A DNA stretch of 32,000 nucleotides from Acidothermus cellulolyticus 11B (GCF_000015025.1 NC_008578.1:1140001-1172000), one strand, 5' to 3'; shown: positions 17,949 to 27,839, counted from the stretch's first letter. Notes: a model not told the origin generated them from the sequence alone. Translations and numbers: made by a program.

Positions 17949-19051
17949 TCGGCGGTGAACTCACTTGCCGTCGCCTTGGTGACGATTCCGTTGTTGGGCA
18001 GTCCGGCCGTCGGGTTGATCCCGCCGCTGTCCTGACCGTCGCGGATCGCTTTGATGAGCGCCTGCATTCCAAGCCGTCCGGTGCTGGCCGGAGCCTGGGC
18101 CACTGTCGAGAACCACTGGCCGGAGGCGACGCCCTGGATGCCTGCGGCACTGGCACCAAAGCCCACGAGAAGCACCTTTCCCGTCTTCTTTGCCGCCGCC
18201 AGCGCCTGCACTGCACCCTCGATGCCCTGGTCGGAACCCACGATGAGCGTCAGGTCGGGATGGGCTTGCAGCATGTCCTGGACGGCCTTGAGGCCGCCTG
18301 CAGGTGTGAAGAAGTCCTGCCCTTCCGCGACAACTTTGATGGAGGGCGTGCCCTGAACGACTTTCATGAAGTCGTCGTGGATGACACCGTCAAGCGTGGA
18401 CGCTTTGATGTCGTAGAGATAGCCCACGTTGCACGGATTGGCGTTGACGGACTGACACGCGGCGACGACCTGTTCGCCGAGAAGGCGGCCGATGTCAGGG
18501 ATGCGGTCGACGACGGCGGCTGACATCCCAGGCACCTGCGGATCGTACGTATGGAAGTCGGGTCCGAGGATCTGGTCGATGTCAACCACTTTGATGCCTT
18601 TGGCGACGGCTTGCTTGACCAGATCGACGAGATTTGTCGCAAGAATCGGTTGGATGAGAATGCCGTCGTACTTTCCGGCCGTGATGGCATTCTGGAACTG
18701 GGCGAACTGGGTCTGCGGATTGTTGTTGGCGTCGAATACGGTGACTTTCGCATTCTCCCCTGAGGCCACCGCCTGCGCCGCGGCGAGCATCGGGGCGTCG
18801 TAGCTGTTGGCGACCGCAAAGGATAGATATGCGATTTGCAGTGTTTTGCCCGTGTTGGCGCTGCCGGCGGCTGACGCCGATGCCGGGGTGCCGGCGGTAG
18901 AGCTTGACGAAGCGGACGCGTTCGGTGTCGTACTCGTGCGCGCTGTGCCGCTCGTTCCCGAGCTGCACGCGGCGAGAGCGACGGCAGCCAGGGCCATGGC
19001 AGCAGTGAGGAGGGTGGGGGTCCCTCGTCGGCGGGTGGGCTGTGAAGACAT
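17936..19051 (-). CDS. Sugar ABC transporter substrate-binding lipoprotein (periplasmic-binding-protein type I)
   Basis: I trimmed ORF 17936..19405 to the ATG at 19051, which has AAGGAAGG upstream. The signal peptide is MSSQPTRRRGTPTLLTAAMALAAVALAAC with a lipobox Cys, followed by a Ser/Thr/Ala-rich linker and then a PBP fold. Confidence 0.85.
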   Translation of the reverse strand: MSSQPTRRRGTPTLLTAAMALAAVALAACSSGTSGTARTSTTPNASASSSSTAGTPASASAAGSANTGKTLQIAYLSFAVANSYDAPMLAAAQAVASGENAKVTVFDANNNPQTQFAQFQNAITAGKYDGILIQPILATNLVDLVKQAVAKGIKVVDIDQILGPDFHTYDPQVPGMSAAVVDRIPDIGRLLGEQVVAACQSVNANPCNVGYLYDIKASTLDGVIHDDFMKVVQGTPSIKVVAEGQDFFTPAGGLKAVQDMLQAHPDLTLIVGSDQGIEGAVQALAAAKKTGKVLLVGFGASAAGIQGVASGQWFSTVAQAPASTGRLGMQALIKAIRDGQDSGGINPTAGLPNNGIVTKATASEFTAEWPG

Positions 19052-19136
19052 GATCCTTCCTTTCGAGCCGTCATCGGCGGGCCGGTAACGCAGTGCGCGG
19101 CTTCGGGATCTTGGGACGATTGCTCCTCGTCGTTGC

Positions 19137-19148
19137 ATGTCCGGACAT
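19137..19148. promoter_or_regulatory. Perfect 12-bp palindrome ATGTCCGGACAT upstream of the ABC importer operon. Candidate operator.
   Basis: Read directly from the sequence. It lies about 90 nt upstream of the SBP start codon, in a long non-coding leader. Confidence 0.3.
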
Positions 19149-19445
19149 CGTCGAGGGAAGGTGAGCCTGTGCGGGCGGTATGCGTTCCCGCACACCGTCC
19201 GTGTGTTTAGCAGAAGAGTACGGACCCCCACGCCCTGTGTCCAGTGTCTGTTATCAAATCGTGCAGTGGATCTTAGCGAAGCTGAACTACAGACGGGGAC
19301 ATAGTGATCGTCTCTATGCAGGCAACCGAGACGAGCATTCGAGAAACCCCCTTCGACGCAGCATTGATAAGTCTCCGGCATCCGTTCGGAGCGCTTTGAA
19401 CGCACCGAACATGGTCAATGGCGGGGGAGCGGAAAACTCCGACAC

Positions 19446-19481
19446 CACGTCCAGTAAAACTAAACACGCGGCGATGCACCT
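19446..19481 (-). terminator. Candidate intrinsic terminator downstream of bioD
   Basis: The minus strand reads CCACGCGCG-aggtgcat-CGCCGCGTG followed by TTTAGTTTTA. That is a GC stem followed by a T-rich tail, about 40 nt after the bioD stop. Confidence 0.5.
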
Positions 19482-19519
19482 CGCGCGTGGCGGGTGACTC
19501 GCACGCGGGCCGGCGTCGA

Positions 19520-20236
19520 TCAGCCTCCTTCGCGTGCCACGAACTCCGCGACATCGAGTGATCCGTGCAGCCGGGGGGCCAGCCACTCGTGCGCCGCGGA
19601 ACGGAAGGTCGCGCCGCCGAGAGATCCGACGGCCTCTGGAATCACCCCGCTGATCTCGGGCAGCTCGCGCAGGTTGGTCCGGTGGACGACTTCGGGATCG
19701 ACCGGCCAGGAGCCGATGACGACCATCCCCCGGATACCGCGCCGGGCTAACGCCTCAAGCGTCAGTGCCGTGTGGTTGAGGGTACCGAGGCTGGCGCGGA
19801 CCGCGACCACCACCGAGGCGCCCAGCTCCACCGCGAGGTCGGCCACCGTCCAGTTCCGCTCACCCATGGGTACGAGGAGACCGCCGGCGCCTTCGACGAG
19901 AACCAAGTCGTGATGGGTGGCAATCGCCCGAACCTCCCGGGCGACATCGTGCATGCGTATCAGCGGCGCACCGGTGAGCCGGGCGGCGACCGTCGGAGCA
20001 AGCGCCGGGCCGTATGTCGCCAACGTCTTGGTCAGCGCAGGGTCGGCGAGCCGGGCCACGACCTCGACGTCCGGCTCATCGCCTGCTGCGACGCCTGTCT
20101 GGCATGGCTTCACCACGGCGACCCGCATGTCGCCGGCTGTGGCTGCGGCGGCGATGGCGGCGGTCGCGATTGTCTTTCCAACACCGGTATCTGTCCCGGT
20201 AATCACGACAATGCCGCGAATGCCTGCCTCGCCCAC
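19520..20236 (-). CDS. bioD: Dethiobiotin synthase (ATP-dependent)
   Basis: It has the P-loop ITGTDTGVGKT, and LVEGAGGLLVP and the remaining blocks are typical of BioD. GTG start. Confidence 0.93.
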   Translation of the reverse strand: MGEAGIRGIVVITGTDTGVGKTIATAAIAAAATAGDMRVAVVKPCQTGVAAGDEPDVEVVARLADPALTKTLATYGPALAPTVAARLTGAPLIRMHDVAREVRAIATHHDLVLVEGAGGLLVPMGERNWTVADLAVELGASVVVAVRASLGTLNHTALTLEALARRGIRGMVVIGSWPVDPEVVHRTNLRELPEISGVIPEAVGSLGGATFRSAAHEWLAPRLHGSLDVAEFVAREGG

Positions 20237-20260
20237 GACCGCCGCTCCCTTGGTCGTCCC

Positions 20261-21472
20261 TTAGTCCTCATCGCTTCCCGGCACGTGCCGTCGCGACGAC
20301 ACCCTCCCGGCAGGCGCCGTTGCGACGACAACGCGTACCGCCGCTGCGAAATCCTCCTCGGACAGCCGTGCATTCACCGTCAGTCGCAGCCGGGAGATCG
20401 GGTCCGGCGTCGACGGTGGACGGAAGCATCCGACTGCAACCTGCTCGGCATGACACGCAGCCGCCCACTGCACCGCCGCCTCCGCGGTCGGCGCTGCGAC
20501 GGCGAGGATGCCGGCTGCCGGCGTCCGGACGACGGTGAGGCCCTGTGACCGGAGAAATTCCGCCGCGGTCGCCGCCCGGCGCCGTACCGAATCCCGCAAT
20601 TCCGGCGAATGCCGGATGATGCCGAGGGCCGCATGGGCCGCAGCGGTGATTGCTGGGGGAAGAGCGGTGTCATAGATGAAGGGCCGGGCGGTCTGCATGA
20701 GATGGTCGATGAAATCGGTAGGCCCCGCCACAATTCCGCCGGCTGCGCCGAATGCCTTCGACAGGGTTGCCGTGACAACGACATCAGGCTCATCGGCGAG
20801 ACCCGCTGCACGCACGGCACCGCCGCCGTCCGGCCCGAGAATCCCGACAGCGTGGGCGTCATCGACGACGAGGATCGCCCCGAACCGCCGGCACAGCGCG
20901 TGTACCTCGCGCAGCGGCGCGAGGTCGCCGTCCACCGAAAAAACGGATTCTGTCACCACAACGAGCGGGCGCGCGGAGAATTTCTCGAGTTTGGCGGCAA
21001 GGTCCGTGACGTCGGCGTGTGCGGCGACCTCGGTCTGCGCACCGGTCAGACGGCAGGCATCGATGAGCGAGGCATGCACGTGCGCATCGCGGACGATCAC
21101 CGTGCCGGGGCCGACCACGCCGGCCACGGCGGCAAGATTCGCCAAATATCCCGAGGAGAAGACCAAGGCGGCAGGCTGTCCCAACAGGTGCGCCACAGCC
21201 TGCTCCAGCTGGGCGTGCAGGCGTGTCGATCCGCGAACCAGCCGGGAACCGCCGGCTCCCGCCCCGTACATCGTCAACGCTTCCGCGGCCGCGGACAGCA
21301 CCCGTGGATCGCGGGTCAGACCCAGATAGTCGTTGCCCGCAAGATCGAGAACATTCTCCGTCGGGTCGCGGCTGCGCAGCGTGCGGCCAAGGCCGGCCCG
21401 CTCGCGGAGCGCTCTGCGGCGTCGAAGGCGAGCCAACCAACCGGCCGGATCGCGAATCTCGGTCGCCGTCAC
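20261..21472 (-). CDS. bioF: 8-amino-7-oxononanoate synthase (PLP-dependent)
   Basis: [29 protein letters not shown] and [11 protein letters not shown] (PLP lysine) match the BioF/KBL family. The GTG start at 21472 has no obvious RBS, so the transcript may be leaderless or the start may differ slightly. Confidence 0.93.
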   Translation of the reverse strand: MTATEIRDPAGWLARLRRRRALRERAGLGRTLRSRDPTENVLDLAGNDYLGLTRDPRVLSAAAEALTMYGAGAGGSRLVRGSTRLHAQLEQAVAHLLGQPAALVFSSGYLANLAAVAGVVGPGTVIVRDAHVHASLIDACRLTGAQTEVAAHADVTDLAAKLEKFSARPLVVVTESVFSVDGDLAPLREVHALCRRFGAILVVDDAHAVGILGPDGGGAVRAAGLADEPDVVVTATLSKAFGAAGGIVAGPTDFIDHLMQTARPFIYDTALPPAITAAAHAALGIIRHSPELRDSVRRRAATAAEFLRSQGLTVVRTPAAGILAVAAPTAEAAVQWAAACHAEQVAVGCFRPPSTPDPISRLRLTVNARLSEEDFAAAVRVVVATAPAGRVSSRRHVPGSDED

Positions 21473-21506
21473 GGGGGGAGCCTACCGAGTCCCCGGTGGA
21501 GCACCA

Positions 21507-21597
21507 CAGCGGCGATCGGGAACGCCTTCGCTCAAGGCGGCCTGGGCCCTGCGGATATCAGCACAGTCCGCACGGGCCAGCGGCGATCGGGAACGCC
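21507..21597. repeat. Exact 20-bp direct repeat CAGCGGCGATCGGGAACGCC at 21507-21526 and 21578-21597 (start-to-start 71 bp) in the bioF/dnaE divergent intergenic region
   Basis: Read directly from the sequence. Similarity continues weakly for about 16 nt after each copy, and each copy contains the CGATCG palindrome. Confidence 0.9.
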
Positions 21598-21706
21598 GCC
21601 GCCCGAGGCCGTCGCGCGGAAGACCGGTCAATCCCGAGCCGGGCCCCGTGTCGATCCCATGCCGGTTAGGCTCACTCCGGTTAGATGGCCGAGGGAGGTA
21701 CGGAGC

Positions 21707-24700
21707 GTGGGCGGGTCAGGCGATCGGAGTTTCGTTCACCTGCACGTGCACACCGAGTACTCGATGCTCGACGGCGCAGCGCGGATCAAGGACCTCCTCG
21801 CGGAGACCGTCGCGATGGGCGCCCCGGCGATCGCCATGACCGATCACGGCAACGTGTACGGCGCGTACGACTTCTACAAGCAAGCCCGGGCGTGCGGCAT
21901 CAATCCGATCATCGGCATGGAGGGGTATCTCGCACCCGGCAGCCGCTTCGACCGGCGGCGCGTCAGTCTGGCAACCGCTGGTCCCGGCGACGAAAACGCC
22001 GGCGAGATGTACACCCACATCACATTGCTCGCCGAGAACACCGACGGCATGCACAATCTCTTCCGGCTCTCCAGTCTCGCCAGCCTTGAGGGCTTCTATT
22101 ACAAGCCGCGCATGGATCGCGAATTGCTGGCCACGTACGCAAAAGGAATCATTGCCACGACGGGCTGCCCGAGCAGCGAGGTCAACCGCCTTCTTCAGCA
22201 GGGAAAGTACGCCGCGGCCCGCCAGGCGGCGGCCGAGTACCGGGACATCTTCGGCGCGGAGAATTTCTACTGCGAACTCATGGATCACGGGCTGGAGATC
22301 GAGCGCCGCGTTCGTGACGACCTGCTGCGCCTTGCGCGGGAACTCCGTCTCCCGCTGCTGGCGACCAACGACCTGCACTACACCTACGCCCAGGATTGGG
22401 AGGCGCACGAAGTTCTGCTCTGCGTGCAAACCGGAAAGACGCTGGCCGACCCGAACCGGTTCAAGTTCGACGCCAAAGAATTCTATTTGAAGACTCCGGC
22501 GCAGATGCGTGAGCTCTTCCGGGATCTGCCGGAAGCCTGTGACAACACCCTCGCGATAGCCGAGCGGGTGCACGTGGAATTTGCCGAAGGCGCCAACCTC
22601 ATGCCGCGCTTTCCGGTGCCGCCCGGGGAAACCGAAGAATCCTGGCTCGTCAAGGAGGTGGAGGCCGGGCTGCACCGGCGCTTCCCCTCCGGCGTGCCGG
22701 ACGCGTACCGCGAGCGGGCGGAGTACGAGCTGACGGTCATCTGCCAGATGGGATTCCCGGGCTACTTTCTCGTCGTGGCCGACCTCGTCCGCTACGCAAA
22801 GGAGAACGGCATCCGCGTCGGGCCGGGCCGGGGGAGCGCCGCCGGGTCGATGGTGGCCTACGCTCTCGGCATCACTGAGCTCGACCCCATCAAGCACAAG
22901 CTGCTTTTCGAGCGCTTTCTCAACCCCGAGCGGGTCTCGATGCCCGACATCGACATCGACTTCGACGAACGCCGCCGCGGCGACATGATTCGCTATGCCA
23001 CCCAGAAGTACCGCGAGGACCACGTCGCCCAGATCATCACCTACGGCACCATCAAGGCCAAGCAAGCCATCAAGGATTCCGCCCGCGTTCTCGGCTATCC
23101 CTATGCGATTTCCGATCGGATCACCAAGCTCATGCCACCGGCGTTAATGGGCCGTGACCTGTCGCTTGCGGCCATCTTCGATCCGTCTCACCCGCGTTAC
23201 GCGGAGGCGGCGGAATTCCGCGCCGTCTACGAGAACGATCCCGACGTCCGGAAGATTGTCGATACCGCCCGCAACCTCGAAGGTCTCAAGCGCCAGTGGG
23301 GCGTGCACGCCGCCGGCGTCATCCTCTCCCGGGAACCGCTCCTCGATGTCATTCCCATTCAGCGCCGTGAGCAGGACGGAGCCATCATCACGCAGTTCGA
23401 CATGGGTGCCTGCGAAGCGCTCGGCCTGCTCAAGATGGATTTCCTCGGCCTGCGCAACCTTACCGTGCTTGACGACTGCCTTGCCGGCATCAAAGCCAAC
23501 CGCGGTATCGACCTGGTGCTTGAAGAGGTCCCGCTCGACGACCCGGCGACCTACGAGCTTCTCCAGCGTGGCGAAACGCTTGGCGTTTTCCAATTGGACG
23601 GCGGTCCGATGCGCGCCCTGTTGCGCTCGATGCGGCCGGATAATTTCGAGGATATTTCCGCCGTCTTGGCCCTCTACCGTCCCGGGCCGATGGGCGCTAA
23701 TGCGCACATCGAATATGCGGACCGCAAGAACGGACGCAAACCCGTCGAGCCCATTCACCCCGAACTCGCCGAGCCGCTCGCCGACATTCTCGATGACACC
23801 TACGGCGTCATCGTTTACCAGGAGCAGGTCATTGCCATCGCCCAGCGTGTCGCGGGCTACTCCTTGGGACAGGCCGACTTGCTGCGCCGCGCCATGGGGA
23901 AGAAGAAGAAGGAAATCCTTGACAAGGAATACATCCCGTTCTCGGAGGGAATGCGGAAGAACGGCTACAGCGAGGATGCCATCCGGACCCTATGGGAGAT
24001 TCTCGTTCCCTTCTCCGACTACGCCTTCAACAAGGCGCACACCGCCGGCTACGGTCTGGTCAGCTACTGGACGGCGTACCTCAAGGCCAATTACCCTGCC
24101 GAATACATGGCCGCGCTGCTGACCAGCGTGAAAGACGACAAGGAAAAATCGGCCCTCTACCTGCACGAGTGCCGGCGCATGGGCATTCGGGTGCTCCCGC
24201 CGGACGTCAACGAATCGGACACCAACTTCACCCCGCGCGGTGACGACATTCGGTTCGGCCTCTCCGCGGTGCGCAACGTGGGGGAGAACGTCGTAGCCTC
24301 CATCATCGAGACGCGGCGCTCCAAGGGCCGATTCACCGACTTCTTTGACTTCCTGGCCAAAGTTGAACCGGTTGTCTGCAACAAGAAGGTGGTCGAGTCG
24401 CTCATCAAGGCCGGAGCGTTCGACTCCCTTGGTCATACGCGGCGGGGACTGCTGGCCGTGCACGCCGAGGTGGTCGATTCGGTCATGGAGACCAAGCGTG
24501 CGCACGCCGTCGGTCAGTTCGACCTCTTCGGCTCGGCAGCGGACGCGCCCGAGGCGGTGTCGATCGTGCGCCGGCCGATTTCCGACGAGGAATGGGAGAA
24601 GCCGGTGCTTCTCGCCGCCGAGCGGGAGATGCTCGGACTCTACGTGAGCGACCATCCACTCCTTGGCGTCGAGCACGTCCTGGCCCGGCTGGTCGATTGT

Positions 24701-25231
24701 TCGATTGCCGCACTCACCGACGACGAGCGGCCCGACGGCGCGCAGATCACGATCGGCGGCATCGTCGTCTCGCTGACCCGGCGCGTCACTAGGCAGGGCA
24801 GTCCATGGGCGGTTGTCACGCTCGAGGATCTGGACGGATCGATTGAGGTCCTCGTCTTCCCGCAGACCTACGAGCGGTTTGCGACCGTGCTGACCCAGGA
24901 CGCCATCATTTGCGTGCGCGGCCGGCTCAACCGGCGTGACGACGTCCCCACCGTCGTCGCATCCGACATCGTCGTACCGGATCTCTCCGGCGCCCAGCGC
25001 GCGCCCCTCGTCCTCCAGCTGCCCGCCAGCCGATGTGTCCCTCCGGTGGTGGAGAAACTTCGCGAAGTTCTCTCCACCCATCCGGGTACGACCGAGGTCC
25101 AGTTGGCGCTGCGCAACGGCAACCGGACGACGATCCTGCGCCTGGATGACCGGCTGCGGGTCGACCCCACTCCCGCCCTGATGGGGGACCTCAAGGAACT
25201 GCTCGGCCCGGCGTGTTTCAGCGCGTCGTAA
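21707..25231 (+). CDS. dnaE: DNA polymerase III alpha subunit (replicative, DnaE1-type)
   Basis: I trimmed ORF 20609..25231 to the GTG at 21707, which has GAGGGAGG 8 nt upstream. The PHP domain starts [16 protein letters not shown], and the palm (PDIDIDF), fingers, beta-binding and OB-fold regions follow, about 1174 aa in total. The upstream part of the long ORF is antisense to bioF. Confidence 0.96.
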   Translation: MGGSGDRSFVHLHVHTEYSMLDGAARIKDLLAETVAMGAPAIAMTDHGNVYGAYDFYKQARACGINPIIGMEGYLAPGSRFDRRRVSLATAGPGDENAGEMYTHITLLAENTDGMHNLFRLSSLASLEGFYYKPRMDRELLATYAKGIIATTGCPSSEVNRLLQQGKYAAARQAAAEYRDIFGAENFYCELMDHGLEIERRVRDDLLRLARELRLPLLATNDLHYTYAQDWEAHEVLLCVQTGKTLADPNRFKFDAKEFYLKTPAQMRELFRDLPEACDNTLAIAERVHVEFAEGANLMPRFPVPPGETEESWLVKEVEAGLHRRFPSGVPDAYRERAEYELTVICQMGFPGYFLVVADLVRYAKENGIRVGPGRGSAAGSMVAYALGITELDPIKHKLLFERFLNPERVSMPDIDIDFDERRRGDMIRYATQKYREDHVAQIITYGTIKAKQAIKDSARVLGYPYAISDRITKLMPPALMGRDLSLAAIFDPSHPRYAEAAEFRAVYENDPDVRKIVDTARNLEGLKRQWGVHAAGVILSREPLLDVIPIQRREQDGAIITQFDMGACEALGLLKMDFLGLRNLTVLDDCLAGIKANRGIDLVLEEVPLDDPATYELLQRGETLGVFQLDGGPMRALLRSMRPDNFEDISAVLALYRPGPMGANAHIEYADRKNGRKPVEPIHPELAEPLADILDDTYGVIVYQEQVIAIAQRVAGYSLGQADLLRRAMGKKKKEILDKEYIPFSEGMRKNGYSEDAIRTLWEILVPFSDYAFNKAHTAGYGLVSYWTAYLKANYPAEYMAALLTSVKDDKEKSALYLHECRRMGIRVLPPDVNESDTNFTPRGDDIRFGLSAVRNVGENVVASIIETRRSKGRFTDFFDFLAKVEPVVCNKKVVESLIKAGAFDSLGHTRRGLLAVHAEVVDSVMETKRAHAVGQFDLFGSAADAPEAVSIVRRPISDEEWEKPVLLAAEREMLGLYVSDHPLLGVEHVLARLVDCSIAALTDDERPDGAQITIGGIVVSLTRRVTRQGSPWAVVTLEDLDGSIEVLVFPQTYERFATVLTQDAIICVRGRLNRRDDVPTVVASDIVVPDLSGAQRAPLVLQLPASRCVPPVVEKLREVLSTHPGTTEVQLALRNGNRTTILRLDDRLRVDPTPALMGDLKELLGPACFSAS

Positions 25232-25341
25232 GACGCGCGGCACAGCTTGCCGGACACTCATGCGCCCCGGCGCGAGGTCACGTGCGGCCCACCCGTCGCC
25301 CGGCCGCCGATTGCACGGCCACGCCGCGTAGCCTGAAGCCG

Positions 25342-26346
25342 ATGACCCGTACCGCTCTCACCGCGGGAATTCCAGCCACGGCCGGCACATCGGTGACTCA
25401 GGCACTCGAGGCCCGCGGACTCGTCAAGACGTACCGGACCCGGCACGGTCCGATCATCGCCAACGATGGCATCGATCTCTCGATACGTCCGGGGCAGATT
25501 TTCGGCCTGCTCGGACCGAACGGGGCCGGCAAGACCACCCTGGTCCGTCAACTCGTCGGCCTGCTCCGGCCGGACGCCGGCCACATCGCCCTCCTCGGCA
25601 TCGACGCAACCGCTCACCCCGAGGCCGTGCCCCGGATCGTCGCCTACCTCCCGCAGCAGGACACCGCACTGGCCGACCTCACCGTTGCCCAGGCGGTGCG
25701 GACGACTGCCGTGCTGCGAGGCATTCCGCGATCGGCGGCCGGCGGGGAGGCCGCAGCGCTGCTCGCGGAGCTGGGCCTCGAACCGCTCGCGGATCGTCGC
25801 ATCGGCAAGCTCTCCGGTGGGCAGCGCCGTCTCGCCGCGGTGGCGGCAACTCTGGCCGGACGGCGCCCGATCCTCGTCCTGGACGAACCAACCACCGGCC
25901 TGGATCCGACGGCCCGGCGGGCTGTCTGGGCAGCGGTGGAGCGTCGCCGGACCGAGGCCGGGTGCACGGTCGTGCTGGTGACCCACAACGTCTTGGAAGC
26001 GGAGACGGTCCTTGACTCCGTGGCCATCCTCGACCAGGGGCGAGTGATCGCTAACGGTACGCCGGGCGCCTTGAAGGCGACCCTCGGCGACGCCGTCCGC
26101 TTGGAGCTCGCGTGGCGGGCCGATCCACCGGAGGACGATCCGCTGATCCGGCGACTCCGGGCAGCCGCGGCGATCCGCGGCCGGCGATGGACCGTCCGGT
26201 GTTCGTCGGAGGAGGCGCGTGCCGCGTTGGCACAGTTGACCAGTGGTGATTTCCTCGACGTCCTTGACGACTTCACGCTTGCGACTCCGTCGCTGGAAGA
26301 CGTGTACGTCGCCCTCGGCGGGCGCGACCGATTGGACCGAGAGTGA
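25342..26346 (+). CDS. ABC transporter ATP-binding protein (ABC-2/DrrA-like exporter ATPase)
   Basis: It has Walker A GPNGAGKTT, signature LSGGQRR and Walker B ILVLDEPT. I trimmed it to the ATG at 25342. Confidence 0.88.
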   Translation: MTRTALTAGIPATAGTSVTQALEARGLVKTYRTRHGPIIANDGIDLSIRPGQIFGLLGPNGAGKTTLVRQLVGLLRPDAGHIALLGIDATAHPEAVPRIVAYLPQQDTALADLTVAQAVRTTAVLRGIPRSAAGGEAAALLAELGLEPLADRRIGKLSGGQRRLAAVAATLAGRRPILVLDEPTTGLDPTARRAVWAAVERRRTEAGCTVVLVTHNVLEAETVLDSVAILDQGRVIANGTPGALKATLGDAVRLELAWRADPPEDDPLIRRLRAAAAIRGRRWTVRCSSEEARAALAQLTSGDFLDVLDDFTLATPSLEDVYVALGGRDRLDRE

Positions 26347-27155
26347 CGACGGCGGAGTTTGCGGCTGGGACCAGGTTCCTCCGTCCACGCCGTGACGAAG
26401 GCGGCACCCGGCCGCGGTTCTGGGATGCCGTTGGTGCGATCTTCTCCGGTCAGGTGGCGCGGGCCCGCCCGGCGGCGATTCCGATCTTCCTGGCGGCGAC
26501 GATGCAATCCGCCGGACTGGTCGTCCTGCTCAAGGGATTGGTCGCCACCAACGACGCGGTCACTGTGCAGTCGGTCGTCTCCGGCTCGGCGGTCACCGTC
26601 GTGTCGTTCGTCGCGCTGAACCTCCTCGCCCAGCGGTTCGGCCTGCTCAAGGCAACCGACGCGCTGGACTACTTCGGTGCGTTGCCGATCCCCCCAGCGG
26701 CGCTGGTGATGGGAGTAGCAGCCGCGTGGTCGGCGCTCACCGTCCCCGGTTCACTCCTGGTCGCCGTCGGTGGGGCGCTCTTCTACGGGCTGCCGCTCGC
26801 ACACGTCTGGGTCATCGTTCCGGCCGTCGTGCTTGCCGGTGTCGCCTTGGCGGGGTTCGGCGCGATCATCGGGCTGCTTGCGCCAAGCCAGGAAATTGCC
26901 ACCATCGCCGGTCAACTCGGCATGGCTCTGGTGATGTTCTTTGGCCTGGTTCCGTCCGAGCGGCTTCCGGAGTTGCTCCGCGTCATTCGGGTGATCATTC
27001 CGTCGACCTATGCGGTCGACGCCTTCAGTGAAGCATTGCGGCACCGCCCGAACTGGATGGTCATCGGCGTCGACCTAGGGGTCTGCGTCGGTGTCGCTAT
27101 CTTGGTTCTCGCTTGCGCCACCGTGGCGTATCGGTCTGCCATCCGCCGCCGGTGA
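26343..27155 (+). CDS. ABC-2-type transporter permease
   Basis: Its GTG overlaps the ATPase stop (GTGA). The 270-aa hydrophobic protein has about 6 TM segments. The start is not certain. Confidence 0.7.
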   Translation: MTTAEFAAGTRFLRPRRDEGGTRPRFWDAVGAIFSGQVARARPAAIPIFLAATMQSAGLVVLLKGLVATNDAVTVQSVVSGSAVTVVSFVALNLLAQRFGLLKATDALDYFGALPIPPAALVMGVAAAWSALTVPGSLLVAVGGALFYGLPLAHVWVIVPAVVLAGVALAGFGAIIGLLAPSQEIATIAGQLGMALVMFFGLVPSERLPELLRVIRVIIPSTYAVDAFSEALRHRPNWMVIGVDLGVCVGVAILVLACATVAYRSAIRRR

Positions 27156-27195
27156 ACGTCGCACCTGCCCGCCGTCGCGTCGAATCGAGCCCCAG

Positions 27196-27783
27196 GTGAG
27201 CGAATCTGATCCACGAAACCACCCGTGGACGCCGTACCCCGGCCCACGTCCCGCGCCCTATCGGTCGGAACCGCCTGTCCCCGACCGGCCGGCCCGGCCG
27301 CTCCTCGAACCCGCGGACGGCTGGACCATGCTGCTCGGCACCCTCGCCGTCCTTCCGGTTGGTGTGATTGGTGCGCTCGTCTGGATCGGGCTTGCACCCC
27401 GGGTGCCGGCTGCCGTGACGGCAGATCATCACGTCAGCTTCGTCGGCTCCGAACCCCGTGGCTTCATCACCGCCGACATCACGTTCCTTGCGATCGCGCT
27501 GGCGGCCGGCGTCCTCTGCGGTGTCCTGGCCGCCATACTCGGGCGGCACCGGGGAACTGCAGTTGCCGTCGCGATGGCCGCCGGGGGAGTCGGTGCGTCG
27601 TACCTCATGTCCTGGCTCGGCACCTGGCTGACCGGAGGTCCCGCACACCGCTGGGCGCAGCACGCGGTGCCCGGCACGCACTCCTACTTCCTCCACCTGC
27701 AGACCCAGCCCTTCCTCTTCGCGTGGCCGTTCGTCGCCGTGCTGGTCGTACTGATCGCGGTCGCCGTGACAGACGCTCGGTAG
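27196..27783 (+). CDS. Hypothetical integral membrane protein with a Pro-rich N-terminal tail
   Basis: The Pro-rich segment (PWTPYPGPRPAPYRSEPPVPDRPARP) is followed by about 4 predicted TM helices. Codon bias is consistent with coding. The start is uncertain: GTG at 27196 or ATG at 27328. Confidence 0.5.
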   Translation: MSESDPRNHPWTPYPGPRPAPYRSEPPVPDRPARPLLEPADGWTMLLGTLAVLPVGVIGALVWIGLAPRVPAAVTADHHVSFVGSEPRGFITADITFLAIALAAGVLCGVLAAILGRHRGTAVAVAMAAGGVGASYLMSWLGTWLTGGPAHRWAQHAVPGTHSYFLHLQTQPFLFAWPFVAVLVVLIAVAVTDAR

Positions 27784-27794
27784 GCTTTCTCCGT

Positions 27795-27830
27795 CATCCA
27801 GCGAAACGCGAACATCCAGCGAAAGGCGAA
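27795..27830. repeat. Tandem 18-bp duplication CATCCAGCGAAA(C/G)GCGAA x2 directly upstream of the hisD RBS
   Basis: Read directly from the sequence. There are two adjacent units with one mismatch, ending 9 nt before the hisD GTG. Confidence 0.9.
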
Positions 27831-27839
27831 AGGGTTGTC

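Noticed and set aside
19052-19405. The upstream extension of the SBP ORF (118 extra codons)
   Set aside because: The extension has no signal peptide and odd composition. The internal ATG at 19051 has a good RBS and is followed directly by a lipoprotein signal peptide.
19180-19497. A 105-aa plus-strand ORF in the low-GC leader
   Set aside because: It has no RBS, no GC3 bias and no recognisable motifs, and it overlaps the probable bioD terminator on the other strand.
20609-21706. The N-terminal roughly 366 codons of the 1540-aa ORF that contains dnaE
   Set aside because: This part runs antisense to bioF and has an Arg/Gly-rich, non-protein-like composition. The DnaE PHP domain begins right after a GTG with a strong GAGGGAGG RBS at 21707.
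21716-25261. Two minus-strand ORFs of 449 and 423 aa inside dnaE
   Set aside because: Both are antisense to dnaE and have shadow-ORF composition.
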